Notes under the pieces: generated by a model | Told to the model about the DNA's origin: nothing | The model's input: only the letters and a program-made list of their open reading frames with translations | Databases searched by the model: none | Program-made: the position numbers and the translations under genes | Origin: a virus | Length of the DNA stretch: 64,000 nucleotides | Strand: one strand, 5' to 3' | IMG/VR virus record: IMGVR_UViG_3300010160_000025 | Location: 32,001 to 96,000 of that record | Part shown: in pieces, positions 22,572 to 31,825 of the stretch | How the letters are laid out: every line of letters starts with the position of its first letter | Numbering within the stretch: the first letter of the stretch is position 1

Positions 22572-25307
22572 TTAGCCCAGGATTATGCCCCATAACCCAA
22601 GGACTGCTTCGACTTCTTCGTAGGATATTTCTGCGGCAAGGCCTTTAGCTGGTATCCACCCGTTATCTCCCTCTGAGGGGTTTCCTGAATATACTTCTGC
22701 GGCTGCTACAGGATCTTGTACAAATTCAATAACAACATTGTTGTTTATTCTAAACTGTCCAACCTCAGGAGCAGGCTCTCTAGTTGCGCTATTACCAATA
22801 GGTATAGCCAATGCGCCCATGTTGGCAAATTTAATGTATCCTGCGCCAGTGTTGGCAAATTGTATTTTTTTACTTAGAGTAGGACCGTTTAAAGTCAATA
22901 CATCTGTTCCTGATTTGAATGAAACACTACCTGTTGCAGATGCTAAGATAATGTTGGTACTTGATAATGTGGTTCCAGATGTGTCTATATTTGCAAAAGT
23001 TCCGCCTGCGCTGGTTATAACTTGACCAGTTATATGTGTATTACCTGTTCGTGTATTTGTAGTTGGTATTGATGTTAGAGTATTTTCAGCGGATAACGGT
23101 ATAGAATCTTCAGTTAAGATAATACCAAAATTTTCAGTCTGGTAAAGTTGCCCTAATATTGTACTGCTTACATAGTTTCCGGTATGCGTAACATTATTAG
23201 AAATTATAGTATTTGAGAAATAACTATTTCCTGAGACAGTTAGATTATTATCTATTAAAACACTAGTACTATTAGATTTAATTTTATTTGTAGATGTTAA
23301 TACAAGATTTCCGCTAGTTGTAGTAATACCGTTTGTAGATAAGTTTATGTTTGCTGTTTGAGAGTTTAAGCTATATAAATTTTTCCACTTTTGGTCAGGT
23401 GTTCCGGATCCCAAGTCATAGGTGCCAGTAGTCTTAGGCAGTATATCGCTAGATACTTCTGATGCAAAGTTAACCGTATCTGTAGTTTGATTGCCAACAG
23501 TTAGTGTGCCTTCAACTTTAATATTGCCGCTAGTATATAAGTCTTTAGCAAATTGTACATTTTGTGTCAGTGTAGAAAGTCCATTTGCAGGTGTTATTTC
23601 AAACGATCGACTACGAGTAAGAATAGTGTTATCTCGAAGTGTAAAATCACCAATATCTATTTTACTATAATCTATAAACGTTTGATTAGGGGCTGTGCCA
23701 ATAATTAGTCTACTAGCACCGGTTACTACAGCTGAAGCAATATCTATTGATGTTGTGCCCTTATCAAAGTCAACATAAAACTGATCGCCTACTCTAAAGT
23801 TACCTTGTTGATCAACACTTTGATAATAAATTTTACCGCTATTAAGTTCTACAGTTTCGTTGGCTTGTATGACCAGGGTTTGATCGTTGCTGGAGTCTAA
23901 GCCTGTGCCAACATAACCAAAGTTATATTCAATCAAGTACATTAGAGTATTTGTACCGTCTGCTACGGCACCGTAAGTTCCATAAACGCTGGCACTGGCA
24001 ATAGCACGTACTTCAGCACCAAACTTAACTCCCAGTCCGGCTAGTCCTAAAACACCCTGTGTGGCATATAGGCCACGATAGGCAAAGTAGGTAAATGAGT
24101 TTAACCATTCTACACGGACACCGTTGGTCATTGTTAGAGCATCAACGCCCGGAGTAATAAATGTACAGGTGTGGAACAACATTGCGGCTTCATATGTAGT
24201 GGCATCACACGTACTACCGTCTACTAAAGCGCCTTTACCCGCATTAACTCCGCTGGTAATAACTGAAACGTTTTGTATATAGGGACTTCGAGTAGTTGTT
24301 TTTGCGTTTGCCGCAAAGCTAAATGCATATCCTTGATAAAAATTACTAACTGTTAGATCACTAACTGCGGTTTCACCATTAAGTAAAAATGCATTGTTGG
24401 TATTGGTTCCGCTAGTTGGCTGTACTGTAACTGCTCGTAGTCCTGCGCCTTTTATAGTTACCCCCACAGGAACTGTTAAGGGAAATATTTCAGTATATGT
24501 ACCTGGATAGATGTGAACCGTGTCACCGCTTGAGGCCACACTTAATGCTTTTTTGACTGTGGCGTAGGGACCATTTTCATGGTTACCTCGATTCGTATCA
24601 GCCCCGTTAGAAGCAACAAACCATATTTTACCTGGACGCAGAATTACACTTATGCCTGCACTGCCAATTGTATTAGCTACAAGTGCTTGGCCGTTGACAT
24701 GAGCAGTGTAAATGTCTGCCCAACGTTTGCCTCCAATGGCTAAATCGCTACCTAATGAATAGGTAATATCCAGATCTGGAATAATATTGCTGTTAACGTC
24801 TGCACTAAATGCCACATTGTCGCTGTTATTGTTACCAAATATCACACTGCCATCTGCTGTGATATTTCCTGTAGCATGTAGATTTCCTGTAATATTTGTG
24901 TCAGCATATATTTCTAAAGTGCCAGTTGGACTTAGATTAATGTTAGTAGCTGGCGTATATGTTGATATTGCATGTCCGGTAATTTCTAAGTTATCAGTTT
25001 TAATATTGTGAGCGTTGACATAATCACTACCCGATAAGACCACAGTTCCGCTGATTGCTTTTATTAGTTCATCTGGGCCAATTTCTAAATTACCAACATT
25101 GATCTTTGGAGCATCAATTATAATGAAGTCAGTACGCAGGGTGCCGTTAACAAAAAGTTCCTTGTTGATAGGGGTACTGTTAATGCTTAATGTTTTACCT
25201 GTGACGTCTAGATATAGTAACTGATTTTCAAATCTTAGATCATTACCATCTCGCAATAAATTTGCGTTAAGTAACGGACCTGAAATTCGACCAAGCTGTT
25301 TAGACAT
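22572..25307 (-). CDS. Tail fibre/spike-like protein with a pectin-lyase-like beta-helix domain (911 aa)
   Basis: ORF track. N-terminal GRISGPLL.ANLLRDG.DL.FE and internal motifs are shared with the 960-aa ORF. Confidence 0.8.
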   Translation of the reverse strand: MSKQLGRISGPLLNANLLRDGNDLRFENQLLYLDVTGKTLSINSTPINKELFVNGTLRTDFIIIDAPKINVGNLEIGPDELIKAISGTVVLSGSDYVNAHNIKTDNLEITGHAISTYTPATNINLSPTGTLEIYADTNITGNLHATGNITADGSVIFGNNNSDNVAFSADVNSNIIPDLDITYSLGSDLAIGGKRWADIYTAHVNGQALVANTIGSAGISVILRPGKIWFVASNGADTNRGNHENGPYATVKKALSVASSGDTVHIYPGTYTEIFPLTVPVGVTIKGAGLRAVTVQPTSGTNTNNAFLLNGETAVSDLTVSNFYQGYAFSFAANAKTTTRSPYIQNVSVITSGVNAGKGALVDGSTCDATTYEAAMLFHTCTFITPGVDALTMTNGVRVEWLNSFTYFAYRGLYATQGVLGLAGLGVKFGAEVRAIASASVYGTYGAVADGTNTLMYLIEYNFGYVGTGLDSSNDQTLVIQANETVELNSGKIYYQSVDQQGNFRVGDQFYVDFDKGTTSIDIASAVVTGASRLIIGTAPNQTFIDYSKIDIGDFTLRDNTILTRSRSFEITPANGLSTLTQNVQFAKDLYTSGNIKVEGTLTVGNQTTDTVNFASEVSSDILPKTTGTYDLGSGTPDQKWKNLYSLNSQTANINLSTNGITTTSGNLVLTSTNKIKSNSTSVLIDNNLTVSGNSYFSNTIISNNVTHTGNYVSSTILGQLYQTENFGIILTEDSIPLSAENTLTSIPTTNTRTGNTHITGQVITSAGGTFANIDTSGTTLSSTNIILASATGSVSFKSGTDVLTLNGPTLSKKIQFANTGAGYIKFANMGALAIPIGNSATREPAPEVGQFRINNNVVIEFVQDPVAAAEVYSGNPSEGDNGWIPAKGLAAEISYEEVEAVLGLWGIILG

Positions 25308-25342
25308 AGATAATCCCCGGGTACTAGCAGTACCTTATAGTA

Positions 25343-25350
25343 TATTTATT
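25343..25350 (-). promoter_or_regulatory. Late promoter box AATAAATA
   Basis: Intergenic, upstream of the 911-aa gene; followed by the small hairpin GGTACT-GCT-AGTACC. Confidence 0.7.
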
Positions 25351-25360
25351 GGGATTTAGA

Positions 25361-26203
25361 TTAACGGTCGAAACCGTGCAGTACAGTCACGTGCTTGGGA
25401 TCTACAGTACCTAGTGGAACTGGACCTTGGAATTGTAGGTAATAGCCTGTTGGATATGCGGCTCCTGCAAATGTTTGTCCCGTTGTTGCACTACTTAATC
25501 CAAGTATAGTAATAGCAGTGCCTGCTGATTCGTTAGCTACTGTTTGGCTAACTGTTATGTCACTAGCAGTTACATTGGTAATTGTATACGTACCGCTGTT
25601 ACTGTTACTGCCCGTTACTGTGATAGTTTGTCCGTTGCGGAAACCGCGATCAACCCAATTAACAGTTGCAGTATTTGAACTATGAATTTTGTTACTAGGC
25701 GGGCTATCTACACGAACAAAACTGATGACCGTATCAGTTACACGGCAGGGATTTTGTAAAATTACATAGTTAGTGGTATGTAACTGCATGACGTTTTCAA
25801 CAAATACTAATAGGTTAGCGCCTGACCATGTTGATTTATCGTCAACTAAATCTGTTGTTGGAGGTGCTGGGTTTAAAGGACCAAATATGTATTCTACGTC
25901 GTCACCGGTACCAAGATCCTGTTGTACAATCTGAGTAGATTCTTTATAACGAAGACTGCGCCATGCGGCACGGCCGCCGGCACCTTGATATACTTCTAAT
26001 TCGTTTGATGTAGTATTGTATCTTAATTGACCAAGACTTGTTGGGTTAATGCTGTCAACACCGCCAGGACGCTGACCAGTAGTTCCTTTTGGAACTCGAA
26101 CTGCATTAGAAGTACCCAGTGTAATTTCATTGCTGATCTGTACAGCAATACTATCGTCTTTTACATTACGAAAGTTAATTTGGCTTTTCTTTAAAAACTT
26201 CAT
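25361..26203 (-). CDS. Virion structural/fibre-associated protein (~280 aa)
   Basis: The likely start is the ATG at 26203 (MKFLKKSQINF), overlapping the upstream stop as TAATG, rather than 26257. Carries the VPKGTTGQRP...GQLRYNTT..LEVYQG..W motif also found at the C-termini of the 960- and 911-aa proteins. Confidence 0.75.
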   Translation of the reverse strand: MKFLKKSQINFRNVKDDSIAVQISNEITLGTSNAVRVPKGTTGQRPGGVDSINPTSLGQLRYNTTSNELEVYQGAGGRAAWRSLRYKESTQIVQQDLGTGDDVEYIFGPLNPAPPTTDLVDDKSTWSGANLLVFVENVMQLHTTNYVILQNPCRVTDTVISFVRVDSPPSNKIHSSNTATVNWVDRGFRNGQTITVTGSNSNSGTYTITNVTASDITVSQTVANESAGTAITILGLSSATTGQTFAGAAYPTGYYLQFQGPVPLGTVDPKHVTVLHGFDR

Positions 26204-26520
26204 TAGCTTACTCTCATAGCACTTACTGTAGAGGCAACTGCATCGTCTGCAGAGCAAGTTGCATGTATTCTGTCGCCGCCGTTTAACACAAATTTTTCTG
26301 TGTCAAAGGTAAATGTTTCACTTGCTGGTAACTCTAACTGTTTAATAACTAAACTTGCATTACTTACAGCGCCACCACTTGGTACAGCATATACATTAAT
26401 AGTTACAGTTGATGCAGAATAGTTGCAAAACATCACACAGGTAATTGCATACTCTACGTCAGCAGGGCATAAAAATAAATTATTTCCGCCAGTACTTAGT
26501 GTTTGATTATTGATTGCCAT
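26203..26520 (-). CDS. Small beta-rich virion protein (105 aa), paralogue of 19200..19544
   Basis: ORF track; AAGGA SD. Confidence 0.7.
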   Translation of the reverse strand: MAINNQTLSTGGNNLFLCPADVEYAITCVMFCNYSASTVTINVYAVPSGGAVSNASLVIKQLELPASETFTFDTEKFVLNGGDRIHATCSADDAVASTVSAMRVS

Positions 26521-26529
26521 TTTGTGTCC

Positions 26530-27585
26530 TTAAAATATCATACTGTAGGCTAATGCTTTTCTACGGCTGACTAATTCATCTCTTGTTGTTTCATTATTTA
26601 CAAAATATATACCAGTGCCGCCAAATGTTTCTGGCTTAGTGTAGAGCACAATGCTACCAGGTGACTGAGCAGGATCTTCTGCGGCTGTTGTAATTTTTAA
26701 ATCGTCATCAACTGTTACTGAGCCAGTACCTGCGGCTCTTAGTACTAGATCTAATCCTAGATCAGTTGTAGCTATGGTACCATTTGAGAAACTAAAATTC
26801 TGTGTGGTAAATGCGTCAATTTTAAATTCAGCATTTATTACACCGTTTATCAGCAATGAAGCTTTGCTTTCTGCTTCGCCGTTTTGTGTATCAAATACTT
26901 GAAAGCGTGTATTACTACGTGCAATAAAATTTGGAGGAGTTGTATTAAAGTATCCTGCAATAGCACCGTTGACCCACTTTACGTTTGGTATTGCTTCTTC
27001 ATAAGCTATTTGATTTTCTTCAACATACAGCTTATTATTAATTCTGTCTGCGTAATTGACTACGCCGTGTACTGCAATAATAGCAGTGCCTGTGCCTGTT
27101 TCGCCAGGATGTGGACTTGGACCAAGTAAATTTAAATTTTGATCTTTGTCGTTGGTAGTAATACTGTTAGTACGTATGCCTGTTAGTAGGGTATTCTTTG
27201 TTTTAAAAACAAAAGCGCCTTGTTTATTACTGTTGGTTTGATTGTCAAACCACCATAGGCTTTCACTGAACAACATCTGTCCAGCACTATAAACACCACG
27301 ACCTATTTCAATGCCAGCTTCACCAGTAGCGGATAAAATTCCGCTACCAGTGGGCTGTCCATTTTCGCCAAGTTGATTATTGACTACAATGATATTGTCA
27401 ACTATTGATACTGTGCTTGACTTTACTGTTGTGGTATTGCCGTAAACCGTTAGGTCACCTGTAACAATAACATTACCGGGACTTGCACCAACGTCTAAAG
27501 TAATAACGCCATTGCTGTCGTCTTGTCCGTTGTAACGAACTTTAACCTTATAGTCGGAATCGTTTACTTGTATAATTCTTGACAT
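26530..27585 (-). CDS. Virion structural protein, fibre-like (351 aa)
   Basis: ORF track; AAGGA SD; GNVIVTGDLTVYGNTTTV-type shaft motif common in phage fibre proteins. Confidence 0.7.
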   Translation of the reverse strand: MSRIIQVNDSDYKVKVRYNGQDDSNGVITLDVGASPGNVIVTGDLTVYGNTTTVKSSTVSIVDNIIVVNNQLGENGQPTGSGILSATGEAGIEIGRGVYSAGQMLFSESLWWFDNQTNSNKQGAFVFKTKNTLLTGIRTNSITTNDKDQNLNLLGPSPHPGETGTGTAIIAVHGVVNYADRINNKLYVEENQIAYEEAIPNVKWVNGAIAGYFNTTPPNFIARSNTRFQVFDTQNGEAESKASLLINGVINAEFKIDAFTTQNFSFSNGTIATTDLGLDLVLRAAGTGSVTVDDDLKITTAAEDPAQSPGSIVLYTKPETFGGTGIYFVNNETTRDELVSRRKALAYSMIF

Positions 27586-27597
27586 GTTTTATCCTTG

Positions 27598-27615
27598 TAG
27601 GGGCCGAAGCCCCTA
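27598..27615 (-). other. C(UUCG)G hairpin without a U-tract; mRNA-stabilising or processing element
   Basis: TAGGGGC-TTCG-GCCCCTA directly before the SD of the 351-aa gene. Confidence 0.6.
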
Positions 27616-27621
27616 TTACTA

Positions 27622-28920
27622 TTAAGCGTTTTCTATAGTTACTGTTGACTCATCAGTAGAACTGAAAGTCCATCTTGCTGACTCGCCGTTAGCAAACAAC
27701 CAAGTTTCTTCGTTGTTTACATTCTGAATCAATCTTGCTCTGTGTGCTGTTAGTTTAGTAACAAAGTAAGTATTACCATTGTAATCAGTAGCAGTAATAT
27801 ATGCTTGATTTTCAGCAGGTGTATCATCTGCAACTAGTTTGCAAACTGCAATACCGTTTGCTGTCTTAACTTTGTAACGACGAGCTGATACTTGACGAAT
27901 AATGTCGCCAACTGCAACACTAGCTTCAACATCAACTTTAGCGCGAATGATGATTGCATTTTCTTGATTAGTTGCTGAACCAACTAGACCGCTGTCAGTT
28001 GTTAATACCATAGTGCCAGTTGCACGAGTTTCGCTTAGTCCAGCGTCTGCGGCTGTAAATGTAACTGTTTCTGTACCACGATAGCCAGAACCTTTTTCAG
28101 TTACTTGAATAGTGTTGACACCGTAGTATACATTTAAAGTACAACCTGCGGCTGTGCTTGCTGATAAATCAGCGTGTGTTACCGAAGTTGTATTTGCACT
28201 ACCGGCAACAATTGGATAGACTCCAGCTACTAATACTGTAACTGTCTTAACACCCCATGAGAAGTTAACTGTCAATCCACGTCCGCCAACTTGATTAGGA
28301 TTTGTTTGACCCACTGTTCCTGTTGGAGGAGTTGTTCCTGTATAGCTACCTGCATTAGTTAAAGTTAAACTTGTAACTACACCACGGTCTGCTGGATATC
28401 CGCCAGTCTCGTCAATAGTTGCTACTGTTAACACAACACCGTTGTCAAAGTTTAATGCATCACCTACAGCATAACCGTTTGCTGTATTGCCATCATTCCC
28501 TGCTACAATAGTAAAACCAGAAACTTTTAATGCGCCAACTGTAAATTTTGCAGGAGTTGTTGGTGAGCCTGTTGTTACTGTTAAAATATCGCCAGTTAAG
28601 TAGTCAGCACCGTTTGGTGTTCCTGATTGAACTACTACACCATGAACTGCTTTTACAGTTACTACATCCGCGACTGCTTGCACACCACCTGGAATTGATG
28701 GTGCACCAATTGCTGTAATGTGTGGAATCTTATTTAAGTAAGCGCCGCTGCCGTATGATGTATCAGCTACTGATGCACCAAATGTAACTCCTGCTACACC
28801 TTCTCCGCCGATGCGATCATCAGCGTAGTTTTGATTGTTTGCGTTATTTCCTGTGATTTGATTACCACCAACACCTACGTTGCGGTTACCAAAATATTTT
28901 TTATTTAGAGGACGAGCCAT
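27622..28920 (-). CDS. Hypothetical virion structural protein (432 aa)
   Basis: ORF track; AAGGAG SD; has its own late promoter; Gly/Thr/Val-rich central region. Confidence 0.7.
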   Translation of the reverse strand: MARPLNKKYFGNRNVGVGGNQITGNNANNQNYADDRIGGEGVAGVTFGASVADTSYGSGAYLNKIPHITAIGAPSIPGGVQAVADVVTVKAVHGVVVQSGTPNGADYLTGDILTVTTGSPTTPAKFTVGALKVSGFTIVAGNDGNTANGYAVGDALNFDNGVVLTVATIDETGGYPADRGVVTSLTLTNAGSYTGTTPPTGTVGQTNPNQVGGRGLTVNFSWGVKTVTVLVAGVYPIVAGSANTTSVTHADLSASTAAGCTLNVYYGVNTIQVTEKGSGYRGTETVTFTAADAGLSETRATGTMVLTTDSGLVGSATNQENAIIIRAKVDVEASVAVGDIIRQVSARRYKVKTANGIAVCKLVADDTPAENQAYITATDYNGNTYFVTKLTAHRARLIQNVNNEETWLFANGESARWTFSSTDESTVTIENA

Positions 28921-28924
28921 TTTG

Positions 28925-29016
28925 TTTTCTCCTTAAGAAATCACGGCGTTCTAGGCCGTACGCGGTTGCTGTTCCGCATAAAACTTGCACCATGCAAGCC
29001 ATACAAAGTATTTATC
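28925..29016 (-). promoter_or_regulatory. Late promoter GATAAATA (29009-16) followed by a multi-hairpin 5' leader
   Basis: Hairpins GCUUGCA/UGCAAGU, UAUGCGG/CCGCGUA and ACGGC/GCCGU, then UUUCUU/GAGAAA across the SD. Confidence 0.6.
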
Positions 29017-29471
29017 TAGTTTACTAAGTTAAAGGCTAGGCTTATTCTGTTTTCACTAGATTTGTTGGCTAGTACTCTGTGCTCAGTACCGCTAGGGAAT
29101 ATTAACAACAAGCCTGTATAAGGAGTTATAGCTGATACTTGATTGTTTATTTTAAACTCTATATCTCCGCAGTTCTCGGATGTTTGTAAGTATAATACAC
29201 CTACAGTTGTTGCTGTTCCGTGACTATGCCATCTATGATGCCCACCTGTGGGATTAACATTAAACCAAAATTTATGTACTGGCTTAGATGCAGTCATTGC
29301 AGTGAGACAAGCTGTTACTGTAGATTCTGCCCAGTCTAATTCTTTAAAGTTTCCGTATTGTTTTGACTGCCAACCCGATATATTGCTTCTATTATCTGAA
29401 GGATATTTAGATTGCAGTTTATAGATTTGATCTATAATGTCAGGAACGGCTAACGTGTATTGCTGTATCAT
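29016..29471 (-). CDS. 2OG-Fe(II) oxygenase superfamily protein
   Basis: WFNVN...H.WHSH (HxH), GVLYL, G.LLIFPS..EHRV..N.....RISLAFN fit the double-stranded beta-helix 2OG oxygenase pattern common in T4-like phages. ATG at 29471 (the track starts at TTG 29474). Confidence 0.85.
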   Translation of the reverse strand: MIQQYTLAVPDIIDQIYKLQSKYPSDNRSNISGWQSKQYGNFKELDWAESTVTACLTAMTASKPVHKFWFNVNPTGGHHRWHSHGTATTVGVLYLQTSENCGDIEFKINNQVSAITPYTGLLLIFPSGTEHRVLANKSSENRISLAFNLVN

Positions 29472-29481
29472 CAAGTATTTA

Positions 29482-29516
29482 AGTCAAGAAAAAGCCCACC
29501 GAAGTGGGCTTTGACT
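29482..29516 (-). terminator. Rho-independent terminator after the major capsid gene
   Basis: AAAGCCCAC-TTCG-GTGGGCTTT followed by TTCTT. Confidence 0.9.
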
Positions 29517-29534
29517 TTATTACTAAGTCAGTGA

Positions 29535-30707
29535 TTAACTGAACTTTAGTTCACCGCTAGTTACTTGAACAGTACCTAGGTAGTCGGCAGCGTTACCTAA
29601 AGATGACGCTGTGTTTGTTAACTCTACATAACCATAACGTGTCATGAATGATACGACTGGTTCGAAAGTTGACGGATCTAAAACAACACCACTGCTCATC
29701 AATGGAATGTATGGGCAATAGAAAGCGGCTGCGTCAGATTCGCTAGAACCTTTGTAACCGATTAGAATGTCGTCTGTACCTGCATAGGTATTAACATAGA
29801 TCTTCATAGCACTATTCAATGTACCAACCATCTTTGTGTTAGTTGGAGCTTCGAATGTACCTTCTGTTGTACGAGCAAATGCGCTAGTAGTTGCAGACTG
29901 TAGAACAGTCAACATTGTTGGGCTAACAACTGCCCAGTTACCAGCACCACGACGTGTACGCTGAGCAATACGGTTAGCAACACGGTTGATTTGAACTGCC
30001 AAAGCGGCGTGTTCGTCACCAACGAATGTAGCTGTACCAGATACATTGCTCTGATCATACGTTTCGTAGTTTTGTGTACCAGCTAATGATGCTAGAGATG
30101 CTAGGATCTCTTGATCGATTTCAGCTGTGATTTCTTGTGCTAGTGCAGCCATGATTTCTGCTTCGATGTCAATGCCTTGTTGGGCTTGTGCATCTTGAGC
30201 AGCCTCGAATGTCCAACGAGCAGACAACTTACGAGTTTTGGCTTCAACTGTTTGCTTCAAGATTTGAATGCTTAGTTTGTTACCTGCTACGCCTTCTAGA
30301 GCGGCTGTTGAGGCAGCACGTCCTGAAGTAGCACCAGAGTAGCTTTCAGCAATCTTGAATGGTGATAGAGCTTCTTCACCAGCTACTGCACCAGATGTTC
30401 CTGCATTGTATGTATCGCTGTAGCGAACACGTAATGTATGGATTTGTCCAACTGGTCCAGTCATTGGTTGTACACCAACTAGTTCATTAGCAATGACTGT
30501 TGGCATTACACGTCTGATCACTGGAAGGATCACACGATTTAGGGTTGCAACGTTACCGGCAGAAGTGGCACCAGCTGTAGCAGATTCTGACAAGTACTTA
30601 CGAGTATTCTCTAAAGTAGTAGCCATTACGCTCTTTTTGGTTCCTTGAAGGCCTTCTAATAGTGCCTCTTTAGTTTCTTGCCAGCGGCTTTCTAGTAGTT
30701 CTGACAT
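29535..30707 (-). CDS. gp23: Major capsid protein (T4 gp23-like)
   Basis: Motifs LVGVQPMTGPVGQI, VEAKTRKLSARWTFEAAQD, AFYCPYIPL, FEPVVSFMTRYG; head-module synteny. Confidence 0.97.
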   Translation of the reverse strand: MSELLESRWQETKEALLEGLQGTKKSVMATTLENTRKYLSESATAGATSAGNVATLNRVILPVIRRVMPTVIANELVGVQPMTGPVGQIHTLRVRYSDTYNAGTSGAVAGEEALSPFKIAESYSGATSGRAASTAALEGVAGNKLSIQILKQTVEAKTRKLSARWTFEAAQDAQAQQGIDIEAEIMAALAQEITAEIDQEILASLASLAGTQNYETYDQSNVSGTATFVGDEHAALAVQINRVANRIAQRTRRGAGNWAVVSPTMLTVLQSATTSAFARTTEGTFEAPTNTKMVGTLNSAMKIYVNTYAGTDDILIGYKGSSESDAAAFYCPYIPLMSSGVVLDPSTFEPVVSFMTRYGYVELTNTASSLGNAADYLGTVQVTSGELKFS

Positions 30708-30717
30708 AAATTTCTCC

Positions 30718-31809
30718 TTATTTTAATCCAGCTAGGCGACGAATGTCTATTACTTCGCCCTGGCTTTTAGCACTACTAATGCTATGATTTTCTTTATTGC
30801 CTGTGATTTCTTTTGCCTCTACAAGAGCCTTCTTCTTCTCCGGTGTGCTACCGCTGAGTACAGCAGGTAGATATTTGTCAAAACTAGTTCTTAGCTTGGC
30901 AGTTTGCACACTTTCTAGTAACTCACTCATAATCTCTTTCTGATCCTTGTTCAAAGGATTTAGAAGCTCACTCATTACTTCTTTACGAGCCGCAGTAGCT
31001 TGAGCACGAGCAACTTGTTGCTGTGTACTTTCTACTAATGCTTGTTTTTCGGAAATAGCTTGTGTTGCTTCAGCGAGTTGTTTATCTTTTTCTGCAACTA
31101 CTTTCAATAGCTTGCTTGTCTCAGATTTCTCATTTAACAAACTGTGCTGGAATTCAGTAGCATATGCTTCAAAAATCTTACGTCCAAAGTCGTTCTTACG
31201 TGCTTGATCAATGTCTTCTTTAAGTTGTCCGATCTCTTTTGTAAGACCTTTTGTGACAACTGATTCAACAAGCTCAGCACTTTGTTTAACAAACTTGGTT
31301 TTTAATAAACCAAATTGTTCTTTAGCTTCTTTAATGAGACGTACCTTAGTCTCAGCTAAATCTTTCTTATCTTCATAGAAATCAGCGATTTCTTTAGCTA
31401 GAGCTTCTACAATGAAACCTTCCAACTTGGCAAAATTTTCAGCCATAACTTTTTGGTCACTATGTAATTCAGTGATTTCTTTAGCTAGACTATTAAGAAC
31501 AAATCCATTTAGTTTTGTTGAATGTTCACGGATTGCAACAGCATACTTGGCTTTCGCTTCTGCTAGCTGTGCGCGATCTTCTGTGAATTCTTGGATTTCA
31601 GCAGTTAAACGATCAGTAACCATCTTGTCGATAGCTTCGATCATTGTTTGCTTGTCATGTTCGTATTTTTGTGCGAATTCTTCGCGTAGTTGTTGTGTTG
31701 CTTGTTCACGGTTCTCTTGGATCTTTCTATCCCAAGCAGACGTGATGTCAGCTCTGATCTCTTCAGAAATCACATTGTTCTCGAATAATTGTTTAAGTGC
31801 GTCCAACAT
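30718..31809 (-). CDS. gp22: Prohead core scaffold protein (gp22-like)
   Basis: Coiled-coil, Glu/Lys/Ala-rich; lies between the protease and the major capsid gene as in T4. Confidence 0.85.
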   Translation of the reverse strand: MLDALKQLFENNVISEEIRADITSAWDRKIQENREQATQQLREEFAQKYEHDKQTMIEAIDKMVTDRLTAEIQEFTEDRAQLAEAKAKYAVAIREHSTKLNGFVLNSLAKEITELHSDQKVMAENFAKLEGFIVEALAKEIADFYEDKKDLAETKVRLIKEAKEQFGLLKTKFVKQSAELVESVVTKGLTKEIGQLKEDIDQARKNDFGRKIFEAYATEFQHSLLNEKSETSKLLKVVAEKDKQLAEATQAISEKQALVESTQQQVARAQATAARKEVMSELLNPLNKDQKEIMSELLESVQTAKLRTSFDKYLPAVLSGSTPEKKKALVEAKEITGNKENHSISSAKSQGEVIDIRRLAGLK

Positions 31810-31825
31810 ATGTGATTCTCCCTTG

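Noticed and set aside
26204-26257. N-terminal extension MLCRRCSC... of the 298-aa ORF in the track
   Set aside because: It overlaps the upstream 105-aa gene. The TAATG-coupled ATG at 26203 is the more plausible start.
27598-27615. Intrinsic terminator
   Set aside because: A strong UUCG hairpin, but there is no U-tract on the coding strand and it runs directly into the next SD.
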